NCBI GenBank assembly: GCA_046290465.1
Contig: JBKAGP010000001.1
Location: 2,304,001-2,368,000 of the forward strand
From: Planctomycetota bacterium
Lineage (GTDB): Bacteria; Planctomycetota; UBA1135; UBA2386
DNA: 64,000 nucleotides
Reading direction: 5' to 3'
Every line of letters begins with the position of its first letter. Within the stretch, counting starts at the first letter, position 1. The translations under genes were made by a program, and so were the position numbers. The notes below the pieces were generated by a model that was given only the letters and a program-made list of their open reading frames with translations, had not been told where the DNA came from and made no database searches. This document shows positions 19,463 through 29,849 of the stretch, piece by piece.

Positions 19463-19978
19463 ATGTCGTCCCGCAACCACAACCCGGCCGCCGAGGGCCG
19501 CCGCACCGCCAGGCACTGGCTGTGCATCGCGCTCGTGCTGCTGATCGGGATGACGCGGCAGCTGGTGATCTGCACGCACCAGGGCGGCCAGACGCACATC
19601 GAGTTCGCCCACCAGGAAGGCGCCTCGAGCCACCACGGCCACCACCACGGTGGCTGCAACCACGCGCACTTCGTGATCGACGCGCGCGGCGGCCAGCACG
19701 GGGCGCAGCAGCACGCGCATCCCGACGGTGACGACTGCGACGACCCGCACTCGTCGTGCGACCACGTGCACCTGAGCGTCGACGTCGGCCCCAAGCCGCT
19801 GCCGGACGTGGTCGACCTGCCGTTTGCGCAGCCGATCGTGCTGTGGCTGCACCCGGAGCTGCAGGACCAGTGGGCGAGCACCGAGCGCCCGGCGCAGCCG
19901 CCGCCCGCGACCGGCCCACCGCGGCCGAGACCGCGCCAGTACCTCGCGCTCCGCGCGAGCACCGTGCTGCTGATCTAG
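19463..19978 (+). CDS. His/Cys-rich protein preceding heavy-metal efflux genes (CzcI/DUF2946-like)
   Basis: N-terminal hydrophobic segment, HHGHHHGGCNHAH, CDDPHSSCDH, and Pro-rich TGPP...STVLLI C-terminus. Confidence 0.7.
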   Translation: MSSRNHNPAAEGRRTARHWLCIALVLLIGMTRQLVICTHQGGQTHIEFAHQEGASSHHGHHHGGCNHAHFVIDARGGQHGAQQHAHPDGDDCDDPHSSCDHVHLSVDVGPKPLPDVVDLPFAQPIVLWLHPELQDQWASTERPAQPPPATGPPRPRPRQYLALRASTVLLI

Positions 19979-20088
19979 TCGAGAGGCGCGCGCCCGGGGC
20001 GCGCGGTTCGCCGCGCCTTCGGGCGCGTCCTTCGCCGATGCCGTTTCCGAGGCATCGGTGCGTCCGGCGAACGACCTCTCGACTCCCG

Positions 20089-21456
20089 ATGCCATTCCGT
20101 AGATCCCCATTCCGTAGATCCCCATTCCGTGGGTCCCCGTTCCGTAGGTCCGCTGCCCTGCTGCTGGCCACCGCGCTGTGCAGCTGCCATTCGTATGAGG
20201 CGATGCCCGTCGACCTCGACGAGCACCTGCGTGGCTTCCGAGAACGCGCCCCGCTCACCGTGCAGGGCGACGGGCTGACGCGCGCCGAGGGCCGCGAGGT
20301 CGCCAAGATGTTCCACCCCGACGCGCGGCTGGCGCGGCTGCGTGCCGGCGTCGCCACCGTCGAACGCGACCAGGCCGGTCGCTGGGACGACCCGCAGCTG
20401 CAGACCAACCTGCAGAACATCCTCGAGAGCGTGCCGTACCGATGGGTCGCGCAGGCGCAGCTCGGCTTCACCCTGCCGATCAACGGCCGCCTGCACAAGG
20501 AGCGTGAGCTCGCCGACCGTCGCCGCGACGAGGCGCTGGTCGAGGCCTGGGCCACCGAACAGCGCGTCGCCAACCAACTCGACCGCGCCTGGACCAGCCA
20601 CGCGGCCGCCCGGCAGCGGGTCGCGCTGTTCGAACGGACCTGCACGAACCTTGCCGAACTCGAGAAGGTCGCGGCGCGGCTGGTCGAGGTCGGCAGCCTG
20701 ACCCGGCCGGGGGCGCGCGTGTTCGGCCTCGAGCGCCACAACCAGGAAGCCGGCCAGGCGCTCGCGATCGCCGACGCCGACGCGACCGCCATCGAGCTGC
20801 GCGCCGCGCTCGGCCTGCACCCGGATGCGCCGCTCGAAGTGGTCGCCGACCTCGACGTGCAGCCGTTCGCGGCCGATGCCGATCGTCGTCGCGAACTGCT
20901 GCGGCAGAGCCCGCGCCTGCTGGCGCGCGAGCTCGCCCATCGCAGCGCCGAAGCGGACCTGATCCTGCAGATCCGCCAGCAGTGGCCCGACCTGCAGCTG
21001 TGGCCCGGCTGGCAGGAGGAGGACGGCCAGCCGCGCGCCGGCTTCGGCGTCAACCTGACCCTGCCGGTGTGGACCGCCAACGAACCCGAGGTCCTGCGCG
21101 CCGAGGCCGAGCGCGCCTGGACCGCCGAGGCCGTTCGCGCCGGCTACGAGCAGCTGCTGCAGGAGCTGGCAGCCGCCGAGATCCGGCGCAGCGCCGCCGC
21201 CGACCAGGTGGCCCGCTTCGAGGCGCTGCACGGCCTCGCGACCGAACAGGTTCGCGACAACCACCGCCTGGCCGAGGTCGGCCAGATCGACGTGCTGCTG
21301 ATGCTCGACGCGCTGCTGCGCGAACACAACGTGCAGCTCGCCGCGATCGACGCGGCGCTCGCGCACGCGCAGCGCACCGTCGACGTCAACCAGCTGCTGC
21401 CCGACCCCGCCTCCGCACCACCCACCACCAGCACCGAACCGGGAGCCTCCCGATGA
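20089..21456 (+). CDS. TolC/CzcC-family outer membrane efflux lipoprotein
   Basis: LCSC lipobox. DPQL, FTLPI, WPDLQL, NLTLPVW and GQIDVLLMLDA motifs. Alternative start at 20038. Confidence 0.85.
   Translation: MPFRRSPFRRSPFRGSPFRRSAALLLATALCSCHSYEAMPVDLDEHLRGFRERAPLTVQGDGLTRAEGREVAKMFHPDARLARLRAGVATVERDQAGRWDDPQLQTNLQNILESVPYRWVAQAQLGFTLPINGRLHKERELADRRRDEALVEAWATEQRVANQLDRAWTSHAAARQRVALFERTCTNLAELEKVAARLVEVGSLTRPGARVFGLERHNQEAGQALAIADADATAIELRAALGLHPDAPLEVVADLDVQPFAADADRRRELLRQSPRLLARELAHRSAEADLILQIRQQWPDLQLWPGWQEEDGQPRAGFGVNLTLPVWTANEPEVLRAEAERAWTAEAVRAGYEQLLQELAAAEIRRSAAADQVARFEALHGLATEQVRDNHRLAEVGQIDVLLMLDALLREHNVQLAAIDAALAHAQRTVDVNQLLPDPASAPPTTSTEPGASR
20092..20151 (+). repeat. 15-bp tandem repeat x4 (PFRRS)
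   Basis: CCATTCCGTAGATCC x2, CCATTCCGTGGGTCC, CCGTTCCGTAGGTCC. Confidence 0.95.
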
Positions 21457-22835
21457 TCCGCACCCCGTGCACGCGCGCGTTCGCGCTCCTCGTCATGTCG
21501 ACGTTCCTGGCCAGCTGCGGCGGCGAGGACGAACGGCCACAGCCGACCGAGACCGCCGGCAAGGCACCGTCCAACCGCGTCGACGTGCCGCCGATGGTGC
21601 GCCGCAACCTCGGCATCGAGTTCGCCACCGTCGCGCGCCGCCGGGTCGCGCAGACGCTGCGGCTGCCCGCGCAGGTCGAGCTGCTGCCGGCCGCGACCCA
21701 GCACTACACCGCGCCGTTCGCCGGCCGCGTGCAGGTCCTGGTCGCGCCGCTGCAGCAGGTCGAAGCCGGCGACGTGCTCTACACGCTGGACTCGCACGAG
21801 TGGCGCGCCACCCAACGCGAACTCGGCGCAATGGCCACCGCGATCGAGCTGACCCGGGCGCGCATCGACGCGATGGGCCCGCTGCTGGAGTCCTGCGCCG
21901 AACACGAGCGCAGCCTGCGCACCGCCCACGACGTCACCGGCCGCTACATCGAGGACCTGCAGCGCGCCGAGGGCGACGTCGGCGGCCAGGCGCAGAAGCT
22001 CGCCGCGGCCCGCGTCGAACTGGCGCAGCTCGCCGCCCAGATCGCCGACGCCGACGAGAAGCACACCGAGACCGTGACGCGCCAGAAGGAGCTCGACGCG
22101 ACGCTGCGCAGCCAGCGCGAACAGCTCGAGCTGCTGCAGCAGGGCGCCGCGGCGGCGCTCGGCGTGCCGGCGGAGTCGCTTGCCGCAGGCTGGCGCGGCC
22201 TGTCGCGCATCGAGGTCCGCGCGCAGCGCACCGGCGTCGTCGAAGAGATCCGGGTCGCCAACGGCGCGCTCGTCGAGAGCTTCGGCCACGTGCTGAGCAC
22301 GATCGACCCAACCGCCGTGCGCTGCCATGCGCGCGCGCTGCAGAGCGACCTGGGCCTGCTGCGCAACGGCCTGCCGGCGGCGATCGTGCCGACCGGCACC
22401 GGCGAAGCCGGGCAACGCGTCGCCGGCACGCTGCAGCTCGGCCCCGCCGGCGACGCACGCGCGCGCACGCTCGACGTCTACGTGACCCCCGAAGACGGCG
22501 ACCTCGGGTTCGTGCGGGCAGGCCTCGCGGTGTTCGTCGAGATCACCACCGCGACCAGCGGCGACGCGCCGCTGGCGATCCCGCGGGCCTGCGTGCTGCC
22601 CGACGGCCTCGACCGCGTGTTCTTCCGGCGCGACCCGCGCGACCCGGACAAGGTGATCCGCGTGGTCGCCGACCTCGGCGTCGACGACGGCGTCTGGGTC
22701 GAGGTCAAGTCCGGCCTCACCGACGGCGACGAGGTCGTGCAGGCCGGCGCCTACGAGCTGGTGCTGGCGAGCGGCGACCAGACCCCGAAGGGCGGCCACT
22801 TCCACGCCGACGGCACCTGGCACGAGGATCACTAG
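21453..22835 (+). CDS. RND efflux membrane fusion protein (CzcB-like)
   Basis: LASC lipobox, lipoyl-like APFAGRV/AQRTGVV motifs, long coiled coil, His-rich GGHFHADGTWHEDH end. Confidence 0.88.
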   Translation: MIRTPCTRAFALLVMSTFLASCGGEDERPQPTETAGKAPSNRVDVPPMVRRNLGIEFATVARRRVAQTLRLPAQVELLPAATQHYTAPFAGRVQVLVAPLQQVEAGDVLYTLDSHEWRATQRELGAMATAIELTRARIDAMGPLLESCAEHERSLRTAHDVTGRYIEDLQRAEGDVGGQAQKLAAARVELAQLAAQIADADEKHTETVTRQKELDATLRSQREQLELLQQGAAAALGVPAESLAAGWRGLSRIEVRAQRTGVVEEIRVANGALVESFGHVLSTIDPTAVRCHARALQSDLGLLRNGLPAAIVPTGTGEAGQRVAGTLQLGPAGDARARTLDVYVTPEDGDLGFVRAGLAVFVEITTATSGDAPLAIPRACVLPDGLDRVFFRRDPRDPDKVIRVVADLGVDDGVWVEVKSGLTDGDEVVQAGAYELVLASGDQTPKGGHFHADGTWHEDH

Positions 22836-25800
22836 TGTTCCGCAGTCTCATCGCATTCTCGCTGCAGCGGCCGTTCGTGGTCTGCGTGCTGGCCCTGCTG
22901 CTGGTCGGTGTCGGTGCCTACCTGGTGCCGCGCATGCCCGTCGACGTGTTCCCGGAGCTCAACGCCCCGACCGTGGTGATCCTCACCGAGAGCCCCGGCC
23001 TCGCCGCCGACGAGGTCGAACAGAGCGTCACGCTGCCGCTCGAGACCGCGGTGCGCGGCCTGCCCGCCGTGCGCCGCGTGCGCAGCGCCAGCGCCATCGG
23101 CCTGTCGCTGCTGTGGATCGAGTTCGAATGGGGCCAGGACATCTATCGCGCCCGCACGCTGGTCAACGAGAAGCTGTCCGCGACGCGCGACCTGCTGCCG
23201 GCCGACTGCCACGCCGAGATCACCCCGATCACGTCGATCACCGGCGAGATCATGCTGATGTCGGTGTCGTCGCCGGACGGCGCGGTGTCGCCGATGGAGC
23301 TGCGCAGCTACGCCGAGTTCGACCTGCGCAACCAGCTGATGGCGGTGCCCGGCGTCGCCCAGGTGGTCGCGATCGGCGGCGAACTGGCCGAGTACCAGGT
23401 GCACGTGCGCCAGGACGATCTGCGGCTCTACGACCTCACCCTGCAGGACGTCGTCGAGGCGGCCGAACGGGCCCACACGACCGCGGGCGCCGGCTACCTG
23501 CTCAACGTCGACGGACTCGAGCTGCCCGTGCGCCAGACCGGCAGGGTGCGCAGCGTCGCGGACGTTCGCGGCACCGTGATCCGCAAGGTCGAGGGCCATG
23601 CGATCACGCTCGGCCACGTCGCCGACGTGCGGCTGGGGCCGACGCCCCCGCGCGGCACCGCCGCCGAGGGTGGCCGCCGGGCGGTCGTGCTGTCGGTGCA
23701 GAAGTCACCGGGCACCAACACGCTGGCGCTGACCGAAGCGGTCGACGCGCGGCTGCAGGCCGCCCGCAAGACCGCGCCGGACGGCGTCGTCATCAACGAG
23801 CACGTGATGCGGCAGGCGGACTTCATCCAGCTGTCGGTCGACAACCTGCTGGCGGTGCTGCGCGATGCAGCGATCTTCGTCGCGATCATCCTGGTGCTGT
23901 TCCTGCTCGAGTGGCGCACGACGCTGATCACGCTGACCGCGCTGCCGCTCAGCCTGGCGGTCGCGTTCGTGGTGCTGTGGGCGGCCGGCATGTCGATCAA
24001 CGTGATGACGCTCGGCGGCCTCGCGGTCGCGATCGGCGAGCTCGTCGACGACGCCATCATCGACGTCGAGAACGTGTTCCGTCGCCTGCGCGAGAACGCC
24101 GCGCTGCCCGCGAACGAACGCCGCAGCGTGCTGGCGGTGACGTTCGCCGCCAGCAACGAAATCCGTAGCTCGGTGGTGTTCGCGACCGCGATCATCGTGA
24201 TGGTGTTCGTGCCGCTGCTGTTCCTGCAGGGCCTCGAGGGCCGCTTCTTCCGGCCGCTCGGCGTGTCGTACATCGTCGCGACGCTGGCGTCGCTGGTCAC
24301 CGCGTTGACGGTGACGCCGGTGCTGTGCCGGTTCCTGCTAGCCAGGGTGCGGCCGGGCGGCGAGCACGGCGACGGCTGGCTGGTGCGCTGGTTGAAGCGG
24401 CGCTACCGGCCGACGCTCGACTGGGCGATGCGGCACGGCCGCGCGACGCTGGCGGTCTCGGCGCTGTTGACGATCTCGTCGCTCGGGCTGGCTTCGACAT
24501 TCGGTTCGAGCTTCCTGCCGTCGTTCAACGAGGGCACGTTCACGGTGTTCCTGATGGCGCCGCCGGGCACGTCGCTCGAGGAGAGCGATCGCATGGCGAC
24601 CGGCATCGAGACCCAGCTGGCCGAGCTGCCGGGCGTGCGCGCGGTCGTGCGACGCACCGGCCGCGCCGAACGCGACGAGCACGCCGAGCCGGTCAGCAAC
24701 AGCGAGGTCGAGGTGTCGATCCTGCCCGGCCACGACCGCGCCACCGTCCGTCGCGAGATCGACCGCGTGCTGGCGAGCGTGCCCGGCATCACGACCAGCG
24801 TCGGCCAACCGATCGAGCACCGGCTGTCGCACGTGCTGTCCGGAACGCCGGCGGCGATCGCCGTAGTCGCCACCGGCGACGACCTCGACGTGCTGCGCGA
24901 CCTGGCTGAACGGCTGAAGGGCGTGATCGCCGCGGTGCCGGGCACGCGCGACGTCAACGCCAGCCGCGAGGTGATGATCACGTCGCTGCCGATCCGCTAC
25001 CGCCCCGCGGCGCTCGCCGCGGCCGGCCTGACCCCGGCCGACGCGGCCGAACAGGTGCAGGCGGCGATCGCCGGCGCGCGCATCACCGATGTGCTCGACG
25101 GCCAGCAGCGCATCGCGTTGACCGTGCGGCTGCACCCGGACGAACGGCGCGACGTCGGCTCGGTGCGCGACCTGATGCTGCGCGGCATCGACGGCGCCAC
25201 CGTGCGCCTGCGCGACGTCGCCGACGTCTCGCTCGAGCGTTCGTCCAACCTGATCGCGCGCGTCGACGGCCAGCGCAAGGCGACCGTCTCGTGCAACGTG
25301 GCCGACGGCTACAACCTCGGCCAGGTCGCCGAGGCGGTGCGCGCCGCGGCCGACCCCGTGGTCACCGCGGCCGGCTGCTCGCTGACGGTCGGCGGCCAGT
25401 TCGAGGCGCAGCAGTCCGCCAGCCGCACGATCCTGGTGATGGGTTCGTTCGTCGTGCTGGTGATGCTGATGCTGGTGCACGCCGCGATCGGCTCGCTGCG
25501 CGCGTCGCTGCTGGTGATGGTCAACCTGCCGCTGTCGCTGATCGGCGGCATCGCGGCGATCTACGTGACCGAAGGCGCCGGCGCCGTCGGCAACACGCTG
25601 GCCCTGCTCGGCATCAGCGGCGAACGCTACGTCGCGCCGGTGATCTCGATCGCCAGCATGGTCGGGTTCATCACCCTGTTCGGCATCGCGGTGCGCAACG
25701 GAATCCTGCTCGTCCGCCAATACTTCGACCTGATCGCCGAAGGCCGGCCGCTGTTGCAGACCGTCGTCGAGGGCTCGCTGGCGCGCCTGGTGCCGATCCT

Positions 25801-26017
25801 GATGACCGCGCTCACGGCAGCCCTGGGCCTGCTTCCGATCGTGTTCGCCGCCGGCGAACCGGGCAGCGAAATCCTCGCACCGCTGTCGATCGTCGTGCTC
25901 GGCGGGCTGCTGTCCTCTACCTTCCTCAATCTGGTCGTCGTACCGGCCGGGTTCTACCTGTTGTTCCGCAATCGGCCGCTGCCGATCCCCGATCAAGAAC
26001 TGGAGTCCATCTCATGA
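22835..26017 (+). CDS. CusA/CzcA-family heavy-metal RND permease
   Basis: MPVDVFPEL, AIGELVDDAIIDVEN and RLVPILMTA. GTG start overlaps the upstream TAG. Confidence 0.93.
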   Translation: MFRSLIAFSLQRPFVVCVLALLLVGVGAYLVPRMPVDVFPELNAPTVVILTESPGLAADEVEQSVTLPLETAVRGLPAVRRVRSASAIGLSLLWIEFEWGQDIYRARTLVNEKLSATRDLLPADCHAEITPITSITGEIMLMSVSSPDGAVSPMELRSYAEFDLRNQLMAVPGVAQVVAIGGELAEYQVHVRQDDLRLYDLTLQDVVEAAERAHTTAGAGYLLNVDGLELPVRQTGRVRSVADVRGTVIRKVEGHAITLGHVADVRLGPTPPRGTAAEGGRRAVVLSVQKSPGTNTLALTEAVDARLQAARKTAPDGVVINEHVMRQADFIQLSVDNLLAVLRDAAIFVAIILVLFLLEWRTTLITLTALPLSLAVAFVVLWAAGMSINVMTLGGLAVAIGELVDDAIIDVENVFRRLRENAALPANERRSVLAVTFAASNEIRSSVVFATAIIVMVFVPLLFLQGLEGRFFRPLGVSYIVATLASLVTALTVTPVLCRFLLARVRPGGEHGDGWLVRWLKRRYRPTLDWAMRHGRATLAVSALLTISSLGLASTFGSSFLPSFNEGTFTVFLMAPPGTSLEESDRMATGIETQLAELPGVRAVVRRTGRAERDEHAEPVSNSEVEVSILPGHDRATVRREIDRVLASVPGITTSVGQPIEHRLSHVLSGTPAAIAVVATGDDLDVLRDLAERLKGVIAAVPGTRDVNASREVMITSLPIRYRPAALAAAGLTPADAAEQVQAAIAGARITDVLDGQQRIALTVRLHPDERRDVGSVRDLMLRGIDGATVRLRDVADVSLERSSNLIARVDGQRKATVSCNVADGYNLGQVAEAVRAAADPVVTAAGCSLTVGGQFEAQQSASRTILVMGSFVVLVMLMLVHAAIGSLRASLLVMVNLPLSLIGGIAAIYVTEGAGAVGNTLALLGISGERYVAPVISIASMVGFITLFGIAVRNGILLVRQYFDLIAEGRPLLQTVVEGSLARLVPILMTALTAALGLLPIVFAAGEPGSEILAPLSIVVLGGLLSSTFLNLVVVPAGFYLLFRNRPLPIPDQELESIS

Positions 26018-26466
26018 CGATCCGAACGCTGATGACCCTCCCCCTGCTGTTCGCCTTCGCCGCCTGTGGCAGCGAACCCGCCGAGAACAACGGCGGCGAC
26101 CAGCAGGCCAACAACGAGAACCAGAACATGCACGCCGAGAACGAGCACGGCGAGCGCAAGGAACTCGGCGAGCGCAAGGCGTTCGAGCGCAGCTTCAAGG
26201 TCGTGCAGTACGGCGACGTCGAGGCCGGCGCAGAAGCTGCGTTCGAACTCGAGTTCGCCGCCGGCAAGGACCGCATCAACACGGTGCGCGGCTGGATCGG
26301 CGACAAGTCCGGCAAGGGCTCGATGAAGTCGCTCTGGGAGCTCGAGGGCGAGACCAACCTGCACGGCCACGTCGAGGTCCCCAAGGAGCTGCTCGACAGC
26401 GCCCAGCTGTGGCTCGACCTCGAGCACGACGGCAAGACCGAGACGGTCTCGATCGCGTTCCAGTAG
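26014..26466 (+). CDS. Hypothetical lipoprotein, last coupled gene of the efflux operon
   Basis: FAAC lipobox, MHAENEHG and LHGHVEVP. ATGA overlap. Confidence 0.8.
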   Translation: MTIRTLMTLPLLFAFAACGSEPAENNGGDQQANNENQNMHAENEHGERKELGERKAFERSFKVVQYGDVEAGAEAAFELEFAAGKDRINTVRGWIGDKSGKGSMKSLWELEGETNLHGHVEVPKELLDSAQLWLDLEHDGKTETVSIAFQ

Positions 26467-26472
26467 CCGCGC

Positions 26473-26968
26473 ATGCGGCGCGCACTCGAACGGCTGCTGC
26501 TGACGGCCACCACGGCGCTGCTGCTGTGGTGGCCGTTTGCGTACCGCTACACGTCGATCGGGTGCGAATGGGAAATGCAGGTCTGACGACGAACTGCACT
26601 CGGTCTACTGGCGGGTGCGCTGGCCGAGCGACGGCTCGGTGGTGCTGGCCCGCATCGAGCACGAACAGCGACTCGACCGCATGCCCGAGGCGTTCGATCT
26701 CGGCGCGACGTTCCTCAAGCCGGCGCAGGCGACCGGCGCGGTCACGTTCTGGCAGAACCTCGGCTTCTGGTGGCTGTCGGTCGACGCGCGCGAGGCGCCG
26801 GTGCCGGACCTGGTCAAGGACGCCGAGCGCGCCTTCGTCGTCGGGGTCCCCCACGCGTGCTTGCTGGTCGGCACCGGCAGCGTGTGGTGGCTGCTGCGCA
26901 GTCAGCGCCGGACCATCGCCGGGCGGAAGCCGACGGTCGGCAAGCCCGACTCGCGCGGGGCGGCATAG
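26473..26968 (+). pseudogene. Hypothetical membrane protein with a +1 frameshift near 26584
   Basis: ATG 26473 gives MRRALERLLLTATTALLLWWPFAY...MQV, then TGA at 26584. The +1 frame continues DDELHSVYWRVRWP... to 26968. Confidence 0.6.
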
Positions 26969-29508
26969 CGACGCGCGATGCGGCACTCCTCCAGCTTCGA
27001 CGCGAACCAACCGCCGCGATGGAGGCCGAGTTCGCCGAGGATGCTGATCGGTTCGACGTTGCCGACCGAACCGGCCTGCACCATGCCCTGCGGCCCCAGC
27101 CTGCCGCGGTCGACACACCACTCGGCGACGTTGCCGCGCATGTCGTAGAGGCCGAAGCCAGCCGGCTTGCGCCGCCCGACGACGCTCGGCGCGTCGCTGC
27201 CGAACACCGCGTACTGCGCGAGAGCGAGCTGGATCGGCACGCTGCCGGGCTTGGGCTCGCCGCGACCGGCCAGCTCCCACTGCGCCTCGCTCGGCAGCGC
27301 GTAGACGTGGCCGTCGCGCAGCCGTCCGGCGTCGCGCTCGAGCTCGGTGAGCTTGCTGCAGAACCGCATCGCGTCGACCTGCGAGACCATCGTCACCGGC
27401 AGGTCGTCGGCGTCGGGACCGTCCTTCGGCCACGGCTCGGTGCCCATCACCCGTCGCCACTGCGCGCGCGTCACCTCGGTGTCCGCGAGCCAGAAGTCGT
27501 TCTCGAGCACGACCTCCCGCTGCGCCTCGTCGGCGCGGAAGTCCAGCGCGGCCTTGATCGTGCCCATCAGGAAGGTGCGCGCCGTGATCGGCACCATCCG
27601 GTTGCCGGCCGCCGTGTAGTAGCGGACGTCGGGGGCGGCGCGCACGCGGACCAGCCGACCGTCGCCGAGCTCCCGCCCCATCACCCGCAGCCGCCGCGTC
27701 CAGACACTGCGCACGCCGCGCTGGTCCTCGAGGGCGATCTGCAGGGTGTGGTCGCCGACGGTCGGCACCTCGAGTTCGACGGCGAAGTCACCGGCCACGA
27801 CCGCGACGTCGCGCCAGGTCCCGAGCGGCAGCGCCCCGGCCGTTGCTCCGGCTCCCTGCCGCGCGGCCGCGTGCAGCACCTGCATCCTGCGGAAGCCCGG
27901 CGAACGCACCGTGCCGCGCAGTTCGAACTTCGGAGTCGCGACCAGCAACGTCTGCGAACGCGCCAGGTCGTTGCCGGCCGGAGCCCGCAGCGCGAAGCCC
28001 TCGAACAGGCGCCTGCCGAGGGCGGCCTCGAGGTCGCGTCGACGCTGCTGGATCGCCTCGTCCGCCTCGAACAGCAACGCCGCCCGCCGGGCCGCGACGT
28101 AGGCCCCGTCGAGGTCCGTCGCCGCGAGCTGCTCGGCGCGCTTGTCGAGCGCGCGCGCCAGCGGCTGCGCGGCCAGCTCGTGGCTCGGCATCAGCTGCAG
28201 GCACTCTTCGAGCTTGTCGATCGCCTCGTCGAGGCCGTCGGGCTTCGGCAGCATGTCGACCGCTTCCCAGTAGAGCCTCTTGGCCTTGGCCTCGGCCATC
28301 ACCTTGGGCCAGTCGGTCGGGTCGTCGAACAACCCCGCGAGCCAGGCGCCGCCGAGACCGAGCACGAGCACCGCGGCGACCGCCAGCCAGCGGCGGGCAC
28401 CGGCGCGGCGGCGTGGCGGCGACGCCGGTGCGTGCGGTGCGCCAGCGGCCTGCGGATCGCGCGACGGCATCGTCGGCGCTTCCTGCGGGTCGAGCGACGG
28501 CTGCGAGCCCGACTCGATCGCCGCCCGGATCGTCATCAGCGTCTGGCGCGGCGGCGGCGAGACCAGCGACGCATGCACGTCGCCTGGCGCACCGGCCTCG
28601 TCGGCGAGTTCGCGTTCTTCCATCGTCACCAGCGGCCGCAGCGCCGCCGACAGGGCGCCCGCGTCGGCGAACCGTTGGGCGGGATCGCGCGCGACACAGC
28701 GCTCGAACAGCGCCAGCACGTCGTCGGAGAGGTCGTCGCGCTGCGCGCGCAGCGACGGGAACGGCTGGTCCTGCACCTTGCGCGCCATCGCGGCCAGCGT
28801 CGGCGCCTCGATCGCATGGCGGCCGGCCAACAAGAAGTAGAGCATCGCGCCGAGCGCCCACACGTCAGCGGTCGGGCCGACGTCGGGCGAGTCCCACTGC
28901 TCGGGCGCCATGTACTGCGGCGTGCCCATCACCCCCGACGCGAGGCTGATGCTCTGGCCCGACGACGCGCTCGCCTTGGCGAGGCCGAGGTCGGCGAGCT
29001 TGACGCGCCCTGCCAGCGACACCAGCACGTTGTCGGGCTTGATGTCGCGGTGCACGATGCCGCGGCCGTGCGCCTCGGCGAGGCCCGCGACCGCGCCGAA
29101 AAGGATCGCCAGCGCCTCCTGCTCGGCCAGCGCGCCCTTGCGCTGCACGCGCTCGCGCGCGGTCTCACCGGTCACGAACTCCATCACCAGGTAGTGCAGG
29201 CCGTGCTTCTGCTGCACGTCCATCACGGTGACGACGTTCTGGTGGCGCAGGCTCGCCGCCAGCCGCGCTTCGCGTTCGAACCGGCCGACGAACTCCGGCG
29301 ACTCACCGGCCAGCGACGGCTTCAGGCACTTGACCGCGACGTCGATGTCGAGGTTGAAGTGGCGGCCGCGGTACACCGCCCCCATGCCACCGGCGCCGAC
29401 CCTGGCGTAGAGCACGACCGGGTCGAGCACCTTGAAGCCGTGCACCGTCGGGGCATCGCGCAGCAGCGGGTCCTGGTGGAGATCGTGGCCGTCGGAGGCG
29501 TCGGGCAT
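26902..29508 (-). CDS. Ser/Thr protein kinase + TM + FGE/SUMF1 domain
   Basis: GAGGMG, VAVK, HRDIKPDN, DLG and APE kinase motifs. TEVT, LPSEAQWE, DMRGNVAEW and GFR FGE-like motifs. Confidence 0.9.
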   Translation of the reverse strand: MPDASDGHDLHQDPLLRDAPTVHGFKVLDPVVLYARVGAGGMGAVYRGRHFNLDIDVAVKCLKPSLAGESPEFVGRFEREARLAASLRHQNVVTVMDVQQKHGLHYLVMEFVTGETARERVQRKGALAEQEALAILFGAVAGLAEAHGRGIVHRDIKPDNVLVSLAGRVKLADLGLAKASASSGQSISLASGVMGTPQYMAPEQWDSPDVGPTADVWALGAMLYFLLAGRHAIEAPTLAAMARKVQDQPFPSLRAQRDDLSDDVLALFERCVARDPAQRFADAGALSAALRPLVTMEERELADEAGAPGDVHASLVSPPPRQTLMTIRAAIESGSQPSLDPQEAPTMPSRDPQAAGAPHAPASPPRRRAGARRWLAVAAVLVLGLGGAWLAGLFDDPTDWPKVMAEAKAKRLYWEAVDMLPKPDGLDEAIDKLEECLQLMPSHELAAQPLARALDKRAEQLAATDLDGAYVAARRAALLFEADEAIQQRRRDLEAALGRRLFEGFALRAPAGNDLARSQTLLVATPKFELRGTVRSPGFRRMQVLHAAARQGAGATAGALPLGTWRDVAVVAGDFAVELEVPTVGDHTLQIALEDQRGVRSVWTRRLRVMGRELGDGRLVRVRAAPDVRYYTAAGNRMVPITARTFLMGTIKAALDFRADEAQREVVLENDFWLADTEVTRAQWRRVMGTEPWPKDGPDADDLPVTMVSQVDAMRFCSKLTELERDAGRLRDGHVYALPSEAQWELAGRGEPKPGSVPIQLALAQYAVFGSDAPSVVGRRKPAGFGLYDMRGNVAEWCVDRGRLGPQGMVQAGSVGNVEPISILGELGLHRGGWFASKLEECRIARRYAAPRESGLPTVGFRPAMVRR

Positions 29509-29534
29509 GGGCGCCCGGAGCATATCGCGACCGG

Positions 29535-29825
29535 TCAGGCCACGTCGACGTCGGCCGGCCGATCGAGGCCGCGACGCTCGAGCTCGGCGATGCGGCCCTC
29601 GAGGCGGCGGACCAGCCGGTCCTCGCCGCGCTGCAACGCGGCCCGCAACACGATCGCGAGGAACGCCGACCCCAGCGCCACGGCGGTGATCAGCAGCACG
29701 AACACGTCGACGTGCACCATCACCTGGTTCTGCAGCAGGCGGAACACGTCGCACGCAGCGAACGCGAAGTAGCCACCGAGCCCGGCGAGCACGGCGGCGG
29801 AGAGGACGACGATGAACGACTTCAT
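29535..29825 (-). CDS. Small two-TM membrane protein
   Basis: Two hydrophobic segments plus a short coiled coil. GGAG RBS upstream. Confidence 0.7.
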   Translation of the reverse strand: MKSFIVVLSAAVLAGLGGYFAFAACDVFRLLQNQVMVHVDVFVLLITAVALGSAFLAIVLRAALQRGEDRLVRRLEGRIAELERRGLDRPADVDVA

Positions 29826-29849
29826 GGGGATCTCCGTGGCGGCAGGGAC

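Noticed and set aside
26902..27600. FGE/SUMF1 (CLec-fold) C-termini as diversity-generating retroelement targets (also 37737-38400)
   Set aside because: No template repeat with adenine-specific mismatches and no reverse transcriptase seen in the window.
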